Of a stretch of 24,417 nucleotides of DNA, positions 8,181-15,545 are shown piece by piece. Within the stretch, counting starts at the first letter, position 1. Every line of letters begins with the position of its first letter. The DNA comes from a virus, in the UHGV virus genome UHGV-0187105. The stretch is one strand, 5' to 3'. The notes under the pieces were generated by a model that saw only the letters and a list, made by a program, of their open reading frames with translations, did no database searches and was not told the origin of the DNA. The translations under genes were made by a program, and so were the position numbers.

Positions 8181-9914
8181 TTAAAGCGAGCGGATCCCAT
8201 AGGACTCAATGTGGTCAGACAGCGTGTCTTCTTTCTCGTACAGCATGGCTCTGCCAACCGCCATAATCAGCGCAACTGCACCGTCAATTTTGTTTTCCGC
8301 CTGCTCTTTGACGGGTTTCACCACATCATCGTTACCCGGAATGGTTTTGCCGACCACATTGCCGATACACCAGGTCATGATGGGATTGCCATCATGATGA
8401 AAGCGCCCCGATTCAATTGCCGCTTCCAGCTCTTTCATCGGGTCGGACATGTTGGTGTAGTTCTGAATGATAGTGACGGGATTCAGGTCTTCATCAGCAA
8501 GGTCATGTGACAACCCGGTCGCCCCGAAGGGGTCGATGGGTGACTCGCTGACCGGGCTGATTTTGTTCGCCGCTTTGGCCTCTTCGAGGATGTAGCGATA
8601 ATCCACCTCTGCACCATCGGTAACGGTCAGGACGCCCATTTCCACCCATTTCTGAAAGCGTTCGGCTGTCCGTCGATCTTCATTTTTCTCGACGCTGTAC
8701 ACCGTGTCATACGGTACCCAGAAACGCGGGGCCACACTGTAGTAATGCGTTTTACCGTCAATCTCGCGGGTATAAAGTCGCGCCATGCTGTTCATATCCA
8801 GCTTACGCGCCAGGTCAAAGGCCAGAATGCACGGTTGCCCCTCGAACTGCTCAAGGGTCAGTGATTTATCCTCGCAGCTCTGCCAGCTCACCAGGTTGAA
8901 ATACGCCGAACGCGCCGACACCCAGATATTGAGGTGTTTTGTTTTAAAGACGTTTGCCAGACGGGCGTTATTTTTCGCACGCTGCTGCTGACTTAACAAA
9001 AATTCGCGATAAACCGACACGCCAATATTCGGGTTAGCTTTTTCCAGCACCTGCGGGTCGGTCCAGTCATCGCCTTCGTCAACTGTATAGATGATCCCGA
9101 ACAATTCATCGTTGGGTACCGAACCGTTGAGCATCTCGATAACTTCCCGCCGCTTGTCGTAGCACGGCCCCTCAATGTTGTACCCGGCGGTGGTGATGGC
9201 CCACATCAGTGGCTGACGTCGCGCGCCCATCCCGGTAAGCATCGTGGTATAAAGCGCATCGGTGGCGTGCTCGTGATATTCATCCACCACGGCACAGTGG
9301 GGTGATGAACCATCACCGGGGTTACCGATCAGCGGTTCAAACCGCGCGCCATCCTCCGGACGGTTCATGTTTGAGGCGTTAACCTCAATCCCGAACGCTT
9401 CCGTCAGCATGGGTGTGCGTTTACACATCAGTCGCGCCGGGCGAAAGACTTCCCACGCCTGTTTCTCTGTCGTGGCACCGGAATACACTTCCGCGCCAAA
9501 CTCGTTATCACAGGCAAAACAATACAGGGCAACACCGGCAGAGATTGCCGATTTGCCGTTCTTACGGGGGATTTCGGTATACACCTCCCTGAAGCGGCGC
9601 AGCCGGGAGCCTTTATTGACCCAGCCAAACGCACAGCAGATCACAAAGAGCTGCCACGGTTCCAGCGTGATGGGCATCCTCTTGAATGCCCACTCCCCCT
9701 TGGTGTGTGGCAACAGCTGAATAAATTTCGCGGCCCGTTCAGCCAGGTCCTTGTCGAAGCGGTAACGAAACGACTTACTTTTTTCCGCCATCAGGTCATC
9801 AAGATGGCGCTGGCAGGCCTGAATCACAAACTGGCAGGCCACAATCTTTCCGCGCACGACATCACGGGCATACTGATTGGCAGCATTTACGTTGGGGTAA
9901 GATTTCCGGCTCAT
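8181..9914 (-). CDS. Terminase large subunit
   Basis: 577 aa ORF immediately after the terminase small subunit with a 4-nt overlap; size and position typical of HK97-like terminase large subunits. Confidence 0.85.
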   Translation of the reverse strand: MSRKSYPNVNAANQYARDVVRGKIVACQFVIQACQRHLDDLMAEKSKSFRYRFDKDLAERAAKFIQLLPHTKGEWAFKRMPITLEPWQLFVICCAFGWVNKGSRLRRFREVYTEIPRKNGKSAISAGVALYCFACDNEFGAEVYSGATTEKQAWEVFRPARLMCKRTPMLTEAFGIEVNASNMNRPEDGARFEPLIGNPGDGSSPHCAVVDEYHEHATDALYTTMLTGMGARRQPLMWAITTAGYNIEGPCYDKRREVIEMLNGSVPNDELFGIIYTVDEGDDWTDPQVLEKANPNIGVSVYREFLLSQQQRAKNNARLANVFKTKHLNIWVSARSAYFNLVSWQSCEDKSLTLEQFEGQPCILAFDLARKLDMNSMARLYTREIDGKTHYYSVAPRFWVPYDTVYSVEKNEDRRTAERFQKWVEMGVLTVTDGAEVDYRYILEEAKAANKISPVSESPIDPFGATGLSHDLADEDLNPVTIIQNYTNMSDPMKELEAAIESGRFHHDGNPIMTWCIGNVVGKTIPGNDDVVKPVKEQAENKIDGAVALIMAVGRAMLYEKEDTLSDHIESYGIRSL

Positions 9915-10414
9915 GATTCGATGATTTTCAGAAACGGGTTAGTGGCTTTCTTCTGCCCCGCCAGGCCAATCAGACGCTGGCGGCTGCTGGGGTCGAGTCC
10001 GAGCATTGCCCCCGTGCTGCTCATCTCGGACTCCTGTTCTTTCTTGGCGGTCAGCTCCGGATTTTTGACCATGCCACCCATTGCACCGGTGATGGTGTTG
10101 CCCTGTCTGGCAATATTTTTCACGGCACGTCGCCAGAACTCGTAGGCCACGCACCACCGCTCAAGTACCGCCAAGTCAGTCACGCACAGCAGGCCCTGAC
10201 CGCAGAGTTCTTTGGTTGTCAGTTGCCACATGATCGTGGCGAGAGGGAGATCTTCTTCAGCGAACCACTCCGGTGGCTCAACACCTTTGATGGGCGTAAA
10301 AACAGGTTCATCTTTGTTCAGGGCTCGCTTGCCGGGGTTTCCGGCCAGCGCCTTGCGCGCCGTTGGCTTGGGGCGACGCCCGGAACGCCCCGCCGTTCCA
10401 GCCATATGCGGCAC
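9911..10414 (-). CDS. Terminase small subunit (P27-family-like)
   Basis: 167 aa basic N-terminus; the track start is GTG at 10414, but an in-frame ATG at 10405-10403 has AGGAG 8 nt upstream and is the more likely start. Confidence 0.75.
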   Translation of the reverse strand: MPHMAGTAGRSGRRPKPTARKALAGNPGKRALNKDEPVFTPIKGVEPPEWFAEEDLPLATIMWQLTTKELCGQGLLCVTDLAVLERWCVAYEFWRRAVKNIARQGNTITGAMGGMVKNPELTAKKEQESEMSSTGAMLGLDPSSRQRLIGLAGQKKATNPFLKIIES

Positions 10415-10530
10415 TCCTGGTTAAATTTCATTTTTCGCGGGTATAAAAAAACGATGGGGCGGGCAGTCCGGAAGACGTCAGGTCACAGGGATTTGACCCG
10501 CCCCTCCCCTCTGGCAATGGGAACTGGTTC
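10415..10530. other. Candidate cos / packaging-recognition region
   Basis: 116-bp non-coding gap between the HNH endonuclease and terminase small subunit genes, where cos lies in HK97-like genomes. Contains a perfect 8-bp inverted repeat ggggcggg (10456-10463) / cccgcccc (10497-10504) and an A-tract at 10444-10450. Confidence 0.3.
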
Positions 10531-10881
10531 TTACTTCAGCCGTTCACGGGCCGTCTTCGCCTTATGACACGGCCAGCACAGACTCTGCAGGTTACTGTCG
10601 GCATCGGTGCCGCCATGCGCTTTGGGAATGATGTGGTCAACGGTTTTCGCCTCACGCACCACACCAGCACGCAGACATAACTGACATAAACCTTTATCAC
10701 GCTTCAGCACACACGCGCGGATAACATCCCACTTCGAACCATAACCGCGCTGGTGTCGGGACTGTCCAGGTTTGTACTGCTTCCAGCCTTCGCTTTTGTG
10801 GCTTTCGCAGTAGCCTGACGGGTCTGTGGTGGTATTACGGCAACCTCGAGCACGGCAGGCTTTCGGGATTCGTGGCGGCAT
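10531..10881 (-). CDS. HNH endonuclease (terminase-associated)
   Basis: 116 aa with Cys pairs and H-N-H core (VDHIIPKAHGGTDADSNLQSLCWPCH); sits immediately upstream of cos and the terminase genes, the usual arrangement in HK97-like phages. Confidence 0.85.
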   Translation of the reverse strand: MPPRIPKACRARGCRNTTTDPSGYCESHKSEGWKQYKPGQSRHQRGYGSKWDVIRACVLKRDKGLCQLCLRAGVVREAKTVDHIIPKAHGGTDADSNLQSLCWPCHKAKTARERLK

Positions 10882-11215
10882 ATGTACTAATCTCCGATTT
10901 ATCCAAATTTAACTGCCATAATGCCGACATTCTCTGCCATTATTGGCTCCGTTTATCCGTTAAAAGGGATATCAGTTAAGTTATCCCGTGCAGGGTATAA
11001 GTCATTGTCGAGACCACTTATTGAATGGCCTCTGCAATAACCGATGTCTTTCCATCAGTCCGCCACCACAAAGAATCTTTTTTGCCATAAGGCAGGAGGT
11101 TCATCTTTCAGTGGCTGCCAGTGTTATTTCCCCACTTACTGGCTTGGGTTGTTTCGCTGTACTGCCGTAACTGGTTACCCAGAATAAATTCCGGTTTCAT
11201 TATCGAAGCCCCTCA

Positions 11216-11896
11216 ATGAAGGGCTTCTGTAATGCCTTACTTCATGAAATTATTTCATCCGGGTTTACGCAGAAAACTTTTCACTTTATGTGCATTATGA
11301 AAATGCCAATTGCGGCATATCTCTGGGAAACTGAAATGATCCATACCGTACACTTCATGACAGATGTGACAGTTGCTTCTGTATCCAGCCTTATGGATGT
11401 TTGCCTCAAAGCGATATCAAGCCCTAACCAACCAGCCTCTGAGATCAGGATTTACATCTCTAGTAAAGGTGGAGATACCGTTGCAGGTTTTACCGCATAC
11501 AACTTTCTTAAGTCTCTTCCTGTAAAGGTGAAGACACATAACCTTAGTAACGTGGAATCTATAGCAAATGTTATTTTCATGGCTGGATCTGAGCGGTTTG
11601 CTAATCCTCTCTCGCGATTTTTATTACATCCTTTACATTGGGGATTTGCCGCCCCACAAGCAGATCACCTCAGGCTTAGGGAATGGGCGGCATGTCTGGA
11701 TGACGACTTGCAAAGATTTGTGCAGGTGATGAATATCGAGGCTCTCGCTGTAGCCCCAGATGAGCAAATTGACTGGGCTAATTTGATCACTTCTGCAACC
11801 ATCATTGATCCGGGAAGGGCCACCGAGTTGGGTATGATCCAGAATGTCGAGGCTGCAACCATACCCACAGATTCGATCAGGTGGTGGGTTCTGTAA
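11216..11896 (+). CDS. ClpP-fold serine protease-like protein (stand-alone moron gene)
   Basis: Core region IRIYISSKGGDTVAGFTAYNFLKSLPVKVKTHNLSNVESIANVIFMAGSERFANPLSRFLLHP aligns by eye to E. coli ClpP [66 protein letters not shown], with Ser and His at the catalytic positions. Opposite strand to all flanking genes; visibly more AT-rich than neighbours (not computed); own downstream terminator. True start uncertain: the 11216 ATG sits in a hairpin loop and an in-frame ATG at 11336 has GGGAAA upstream. Confidence 0.6.
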   Translation: MKGFCNALLHEIISSGFTQKTFHFMCIMKMPIAAYLWETEMIHTVHFMTDVTVASVSSLMDVCLKAISSPNQPASEIRIYISSKGGDTVAGFTAYNFLKSLPVKVKTHNLSNVESIANVIFMAGSERFANPLSRFLLHPLHWGFAAPQADHLRLREWAACLDDDLQRFVQVMNIEALAVAPDEQIDWANLITSATIIDPGRATELGMIQNVEAATIPTDSIRWWVL

Positions 11897-11917
11897 CATT
11901 TTGAATCCTCCATAAGT

Positions 11918-11945
11918 GCGGGCTTATTGGCCCGCTTGTTTCTTT
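11918..11945 (+). terminator. Rho-independent terminator after the ClpP-like gene
   Basis: gcgggc-ttattg-gcccgc hairpin followed by ttgtttcttt on the plus strand; lies between the convergent ClpP-like and Rz1 genes. Confidence 0.5.
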
Positions 11946-12247
11946 ACAGTTTGCCTAATATCTGCCTTATCCCGGTTGCACTGCCCAAGCGCTGATAGGA
12001 GACTGACGTTTAAATCTAGGCTCTGGCCCCACGTCAGGTTGTCAGGGATTTCCGGTTGCGGGGTGTCAGCCGTCAGGCTGGCCGGTAACGGGACTACCGG
12101 CACTTTGACGTAGACCGTTCGCGAATTGTTGCAGCCGCTTAACTGCGCCAGCAGGGACAGGGCGATTAGTGCAATCATCATTCGCAACAGCAACCCGGAT
12201 ATCAGCCGAGGCTCCCGATGCGTCCAGTGCGATCTGCTCTTTTGCAT
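11924..12247 (-). CDS. o-spanin (Rz1-like outer-membrane lipoprotein), overlapped architecture
   Basis: Lipobox LAQLSGC after a hydrophobic signal peptide; Pro-rich mature part; different frame from the i-spanin gene; begins inside it and extends past its stop. Likely real start at the internal Met pair (12181 or 12178). Confidence 0.55.
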   Translation of the reverse strand: MQKSRSHWTHREPRLISGLLLRMMIALIALSLLAQLSGCNNSRTVYVKVPVVPLPASLTADTPQPEIPDNLTWGQSLDLNVSLLSALGQCNRDKADIRQTVKKQAGQ

Positions 12248-12458
12248 GCTGGTTAGCCTCTATAACTGTATTGATGATTTGCAGTGATTGCAGAACGTTA
12301 CGGGTAATGGCAGTTGCTGATTCAGCATTTCGTACAGCCTCATCAGCACGCTCCTTTTCGTGCTGATATTTGCTGTAGTAATGCCCAGCAGACCAGATGA
12401 AGGAACCAATGACGGTAACAACGAAGGCAACAATAACCAGCCTATATCTCAGCTTCAT
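12066..12458 (-). CDS. i-spanin (Rz-like)
   Basis: 130 aa with an N-terminal transmembrane segment (LVIVAFVVTVIGSFIW) followed by a charged periplasmic domain; immediately downstream of the endolysin with a 17-nt overlap. Confidence 0.6.
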   Translation of the reverse strand: MKLRYRLVIVAFVVTVIGSFIWSAGHYYSKYQHEKERADEAVRNAESATAITRNVLQSLQIINTVIEANQHAKEQIALDASGASADIRVAVANDDCTNRPVPAGAVKRLQQFANGLRQSAGSPVTGQPDG

Positions 12459-12918
12459 TTACTACCCCACCAGCTTTTTTAAATCGGGCAATCAGGTCAC
12501 CGATTTTATGTTCATACTGACCGTAACCTGCACCAGGTAACGACGCCCAGATATTGCTGCAACGATCGATAGCCTGACGGATATCACCGCGATCAATCAT
12601 CGGTAAAGCGCCACGCTCTTTAATCTGCTGCAATGCCACAGCGTCCTGGCTTTTGGGGGAGAAGTCATTCAAACCAAGCTGTTTACGGTAAGCATCCCAC
12701 CAACGGGAAAGAAGCTGGTAACGTCCGGCTGCTGTTGATTTGAGTTTTGGGTTTAGCGTGACAAGTTTGCGAGGATGATCGGAGTAATCAGCGAATAGTT
12801 CGCCACCGACAATAACGTCATAACCGTGGTTACGTGTCGGTTGTCGCCCGTTATCCGTTCCTTCTGACCAGGCCACCATATCAAGGAAAGCTTTACGCTG
12901 AGGATTTAGTACCTGCAT
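12442..12918 (-). CDS. R: Endolysin, lambda R-type lytic transglycosylase
   Basis: 158 aa, near-identical over most of its length to my recollection of phage lambda R (…QRKAFLDM.AWSEGTDNGRQ.TRNHGYDVIVGGELF.DYSDHPRKLVTLNPKLKST.AGRYQLLSRWWDAYRKQLGL.DFSPKSQDAVALQQIKERGALPMIDRGDIRQAIDRCSNIWASLPGAGYGQ…). Confidence 0.9.
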   Translation of the reverse strand: MQVLNPQRKAFLDMVAWSEGTDNGRQPTRNHGYDVIVGGELFADYSDHPRKLVTLNPKLKSTAAGRYQLLSRWWDAYRKQLGLNDFSPKSQDAVALQQIKERGALPMIDRGDIRQAIDRCSNIWASLPGAGYGQYEHKIGDLIARFKKAGGVVNEAEI

Positions 12919-12921
12919 AAA

Positions 12922-13344
12922 TTACTCCTTCGAGCTACCAAATTTGTTACCGATTACTCGCATTGCAGCCCCACGAATAGCATCGACACCGATCAGCCCA
13001 ACGCCGCCACCAATGGCAACAGAAAGCGATTTGGGCCATCCGACATACTCAAGAGCGGATGCAAAAGTCAGCGTCAGAGCACCACAGAGCAAAATCTCGA
13101 GCGTTTTTCGCTTCCAGCCCCCTCCCCCGCCAAAATAGGCAATGCGCAAGCCAGCCATAACGATCGACATAATCACTGCACCCAGCGGTGTGTCTCCACG
13201 CCACCAGCTCTGTAACAGTTCAAGTAAATCAGGCCAGGAATGAGGATCGTTGTGCATTTCATAATTCCCACCTCCGATTACCGGAAGTGCCACAAGTAAA
13301 AGGGAAAGAAGCTGGTTATAACGCTGATTTGCAGAAGTGCGCAT
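12922..13344 (-). CDS. Putative holin (multi-pass membrane protein)
   Basis: Hydrophobic multi-TM protein immediately upstream of the endolysin with a 4-nt gap. The ATG at 13344 has no SD because a terminator hairpin abuts it; an in-frame ATG at 13257 has GGAGGTGGG about 9 nt upstream and would give a 111 aa product. Confidence 0.55.
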   Translation of the reverse strand: MRTSANQRYNQLLSLLLVALPVIGGGNYEMHNDPHSWPDLLELLQSWWRGDTPLGAVIMSIVMAGLRIAYFGGGGGWKRKTLEILLCGALTLTFASALEYVGWPKSLSVAIGGGVGLIGVDAIRGAAMRVIGNKFGSSKE

Positions 13345-13368
13345 AAAAAAGGCCGCCCGTAGGCGGCC
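13345..13368 (-). terminator. Intrinsic terminator directly upstream of the holin gene (tR'-like)
   Basis: Perfect hairpin ggccgcc-tacg-ggcggcc followed by TTTTTT on the minus strand, between the 67 aa ORF stop and the holin ATG; position matches lambda tR', which Q-modified RNA polymerase reads through. Confidence 0.6.
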
Positions 13369-13386
13369 TCAAAAATCTTATTTTCA

Positions 13387-13590
13387 TCATCGCGAAGGAT
13401 GGAGGGTTTTATGACGAGGTTTAATGTAAACCTCATAGGAATGAGACAGCTTGTCTACTTCTCTAATTGGTAATTCCCAACCAGTATTCAGCAGAATACT
13501 TTTCTGAGTAGCAGACACTAACACTGAGCCAATCTCAATATTATTTGCAATTGCCACGACCTTCTTGGTCGTGTGTTTACTATTTTGCAT
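13387..13590 (-). CDS. Hypothetical 67 aa protein in the Q-to-holin interval
   Basis: ATG at 13590 preceded by GGAGAT-cacc; lies in a visibly AT-rich stretch between a candidate promoter and the tR'-like terminator. No family recognised. Confidence 0.5.
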   Translation of the reverse strand: MQNSKHTTKKVVAIANNIEIGSVLVSATQKSILLNTGWELPIREVDKLSHSYEVYIKPRHKTLHPSR

Positions 13591-13591
13591 G

Positions 13592-13634
13592 GTGATCTCC
13601 TTTCAACCAGCATCACAAATGTGATGGAGATCAC
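13592..13634 (-). promoter_or_regulatory. Nested inverted repeat in the 5' leader of the 67 aa gene
   Basis: Outer perfect 9-bp inverted repeat gtgatctcc (13592-13600) / ggagatcac (13626-13634) enclosing an inner palindrome CATCAC-aaat-GTGATG (13611-13626); sits between the candidate promoter and the RBS. Confidence 0.4.
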
Positions 13635-13661
13635 AATATCACTTGTTCAAAAAACATGCAA
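13633..13661 (-). promoter_or_regulatory. Candidate sigma70 promoter (pR'-like late promoter or moron promoter)
   Basis: Minus strand TTGCAT - 17 nt - TATTGT, about 120 nt downstream of the Q stop codon. Confidence 0.4.
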
Positions 13662-13782
13662 CATAAAACCCACCTGAGCGGGTTTATAAAAGTTAGACAT
13701 TCAATGCCCATCTTTACGTTAAGGCTAACCATATTTTTTGAAAATTGCAAGCATTGTGCGGAGAAAATCATTAAAAATGTAG

Positions 13783-14535
13783 CTATCGTGTCACTTTTTG
13801 CAACTGTAACTCTGCGAATGCTTCTTCCTGCCAGCACTTTGTTACCAGTTTATCAATGACGTCTGCATATCCTTTGTACCACTGATAATCCGTCAGGTCT
13901 GGTACCAGCTTCTGGACATGATGCCGCGCCAGTGTGGTTGGTAAACGGCTAAACCGGTTTCCATTGCAACGCCCACAAATCTTATAAACAGGCGTGCCAT
14001 GAAGCCGGGTCCTTTTTTCATCCAGGACAATACCTTTACCCTTACACCCTCTGCACGCTGTGCTGACTTCTCCCTTACCATGACAATGCTGACACAGTTC
14101 CTTCACCCACTCTTCCTTGATAACAGATTCCCCGCTTCTGGAGTGTTTTACCACCTCGCGCAATACATCATGAAATCCAGTACCAGCACAATGCTCACAG
14201 CGAGCCTTACTTGCCGCAGACCTGGAATAATCAGCAAAGGCAAAATTCACAAGGTAAGGGATGATCTGTAACCGGATTTCTTCACTCAATTTGTTCAATG
14301 TCGGGTTATTCAGTGCCATCGCGTAATTGAGCAGACCTTCAATCGCAAACTGAGGGTCCTGAACGCCAACTTTTGCCAGGAATAAGGCAAACCCAAGCGG
14401 TGCTTTCGACTGCACCATCCCCTGCGCAGCCATTACATCCGTAATTGTTAAACCACCCGAGCCTGTCGCCGGTGCGTCATCGCTCAGTTTTGGAGATTTC
14501 GGGGAGTAATATTTCGGTAAGGCTTCAAGGTTCAT
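13783..14535 (-). CDS. Late-gene antiterminator Q (QuuQ-type, zinc-finger repeats)
   Basis: 250 aa with four CxxC-type motifs (CEHCAGTG, CQHCHGKG, CRGCKGKG, CGRCNG), immediately upstream of the promoter/terminator/lysis-cassette arrangement. I recall the family as the 250 aa Qin-prophage QuuQ type. Confidence 0.7.
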   Translation of the reverse strand: MNLEALPKYYSPKSPKLSDDAPATGSGGLTITDVMAAQGMVQSKAPLGFALFLAKVGVQDPQFAIEGLLNYAMALNNPTLNKLSEEIRLQIIPYLVNFAFADYSRSAASKARCEHCAGTGFHDVLREVVKHSRSGESVIKEEWVKELCQHCHGKGEVSTACRGCKGKGIVLDEKRTRLHGTPVYKICGRCNGNRFSRLPTTLARHHVQKLVPDLTDYQWYKGYADVIDKLVTKCWQEEAFAELQLQKVTR

Positions 14536-14548
14536 GCTCGTTCTCCAC

Positions 14549-15544
14549 TTACGCCAGTACGCCTATTGCCAGCGCACGATCGATAAAACGAAATATCAGC
14601 TCCAGCTGGGAACCATACTTCTCTTCAAATGCCACGGTATCCGCATGCAGCTCGTCGTGATGCTTTCTGCACAAAGGCAACACAAAGAGGTCATGCGCTT
14701 TTGTACCCATTCCACCCTGACCGTGGCCTATCAGGTGGTGGGGATCATCAGCAGGCTTTCCACAACATGCACACGGCTGCGTCTTAACCCAGCGCGTGTA
14801 CTTTTCATTAACCCAGCGGCGACGTTTGGGGCGTAACATAAAAGACTCCGGCGACTCCGGATCCACTTTCAGCGCCAGCACCTTTTTCGCCTTATCCTGG
14901 ATGATGCAGGTGGCAGGAACCGAAGGCACAAGGTCACTTTCCCGGGTAACAGACGGCACAACAGGCTTCGGTAATCTCAGTGCCTTACGGGCTGCACTTT
15001 CCGGTAAGGCATCCGCCAGATCATTACGAATCAGCCACCAGCACAGTTCCGGCATTGTCACAACATGACTGTCATCAAAACCGAGATCCCGACGCACAAC
15101 AGACAACACCCAGCGGGCACTGTTATCCGTTGCCATTGATTCCAGCCGTTCCGTGAACTGATCGCGCAGCTGGTTATCGCAGTGCCAGCACAAACGGATT
15201 GCGCCCGGAGCGTGTCGCATTGTTGTCATGTTCTCGCTGTGCCAGTCGGAATGAGGCCACTGGCAGCCTTTTTCACGAAGTAACCAGCTTTCAAGACATT
15301 CCACGCCACCAGCACGATGGATCACTGCCTCATTGCGGAACACGGCCCGAACGGCAGGATCATCCGCCAGCGGTTGTGATGCCGCCGGAACGGCACCACT
15401 GGCGAAAGATGAATAACGTTCCGGCTCAGGCTCCAGCAAGACACGCCCCTGCATAAACAAGGGCATCAGCTCTGAACCTGGTCTGAACAATACGATCCCC
15501 ATACGCGGGGCAATTTCAGGGGTCAGTAGTGCTCTCACGGTCAC
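14549..15544 (-). CDS. DUF968-like protein (YdfU-like) with C-terminal HNH-like Cys/His motif
   Basis: 331 aa; C-terminus PCACCGKPADDPHHLIGHGQGGMGTKAHDLFVLPLCRKHHDELH; position upstream of Q is typical for this family in lambdoid prophages (from memory). Track start is GTG. Confidence 0.6.
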   Translation of the reverse strand: MTVRALLTPEIAPRMGIVLFRPGSELMPLFMQGRVLLEPEPERYSSFASGAVPAASQPLADDPAVRAVFRNEAVIHRAGGVECLESWLLREKGCQWPHSDWHSENMTTMRHAPGAIRLCWHCDNQLRDQFTERLESMATDNSARWVLSVVRRDLGFDDSHVVTMPELCWWLIRNDLADALPESAARKALRLPKPVVPSVTRESDLVPSVPATCIIQDKAKKVLALKVDPESPESFMLRPKRRRWVNEKYTRWVKTQPCACCGKPADDPHHLIGHGQGGMGTKAHDLFVLPLCRKHHDELHADTVAFEEKYGSQLELIFRFIDRALAIGVLA

Positions 15545-15545
15545 C

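Noticed and set aside
420-10157. Numerous ORFs on the opposite strand or in alternative frames inside the structural genes (for example 420..743+, 886..1098+, 1935..2246+, 2901..3491+, 3581..4078+, 3951..4418+, 4295..4735+, 5862..6206+, 6560..6964+, 7397..7972+, 9705..10145+, 9939..10157-)
   Set aside because: They lie within or antisense to tightly packed, recognisable morphogenesis genes, lack RBSs and have skewed Arg/Ser/Cys-rich composition typical of off-frame translation of GC-rich coding DNA.
10988-11170. 60-aa ORF upstream of the ClpP-like gene, including a possible 19-aa hydrophobic peptide (GTG at 11111) behind an AGGAGG at 11094-11099
   Set aside because: No ATG start, SD spacing of about 11 nt is long, and the peptide is too short to assess. 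It might be a leader peptide but the evidence is insufficient to call.
11216-11896. Interpreting the ClpP-like gene as the phage prohead or scaffold protease
   Set aside because: An HK97-type prohead protease already sits in the canonical position between portal and capsid (6118..6804), and the ClpP-like gene is on the opposite strand, outside the head operon, with its own terminator.
11633-11913. Minus-strand ORFs 11633..11899 and 11665..11913 opposite the ClpP-like gene
   Set aside because: Antisense to the ClpP-like coding region and lacking RBSs; considered spurious, although late-operon read-through transcripts must cross this region.
13631-13859. ORFs 13631..13837 (-) and 13656..13859 (+) in the Q-to-holin interval
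   Set aside because: They overlap the Q 3' end and the candidate promoter, have no RBS (one starts with GTG), and are hydrophobic low-complexity translations of AT-rich DNA.
13893-14271. ORFs 13893..14081 (-) and 13999..14271 (+) inside the Q gene
   Set aside because: Alternative-frame or antisense ORFs inside a well-supported gene.
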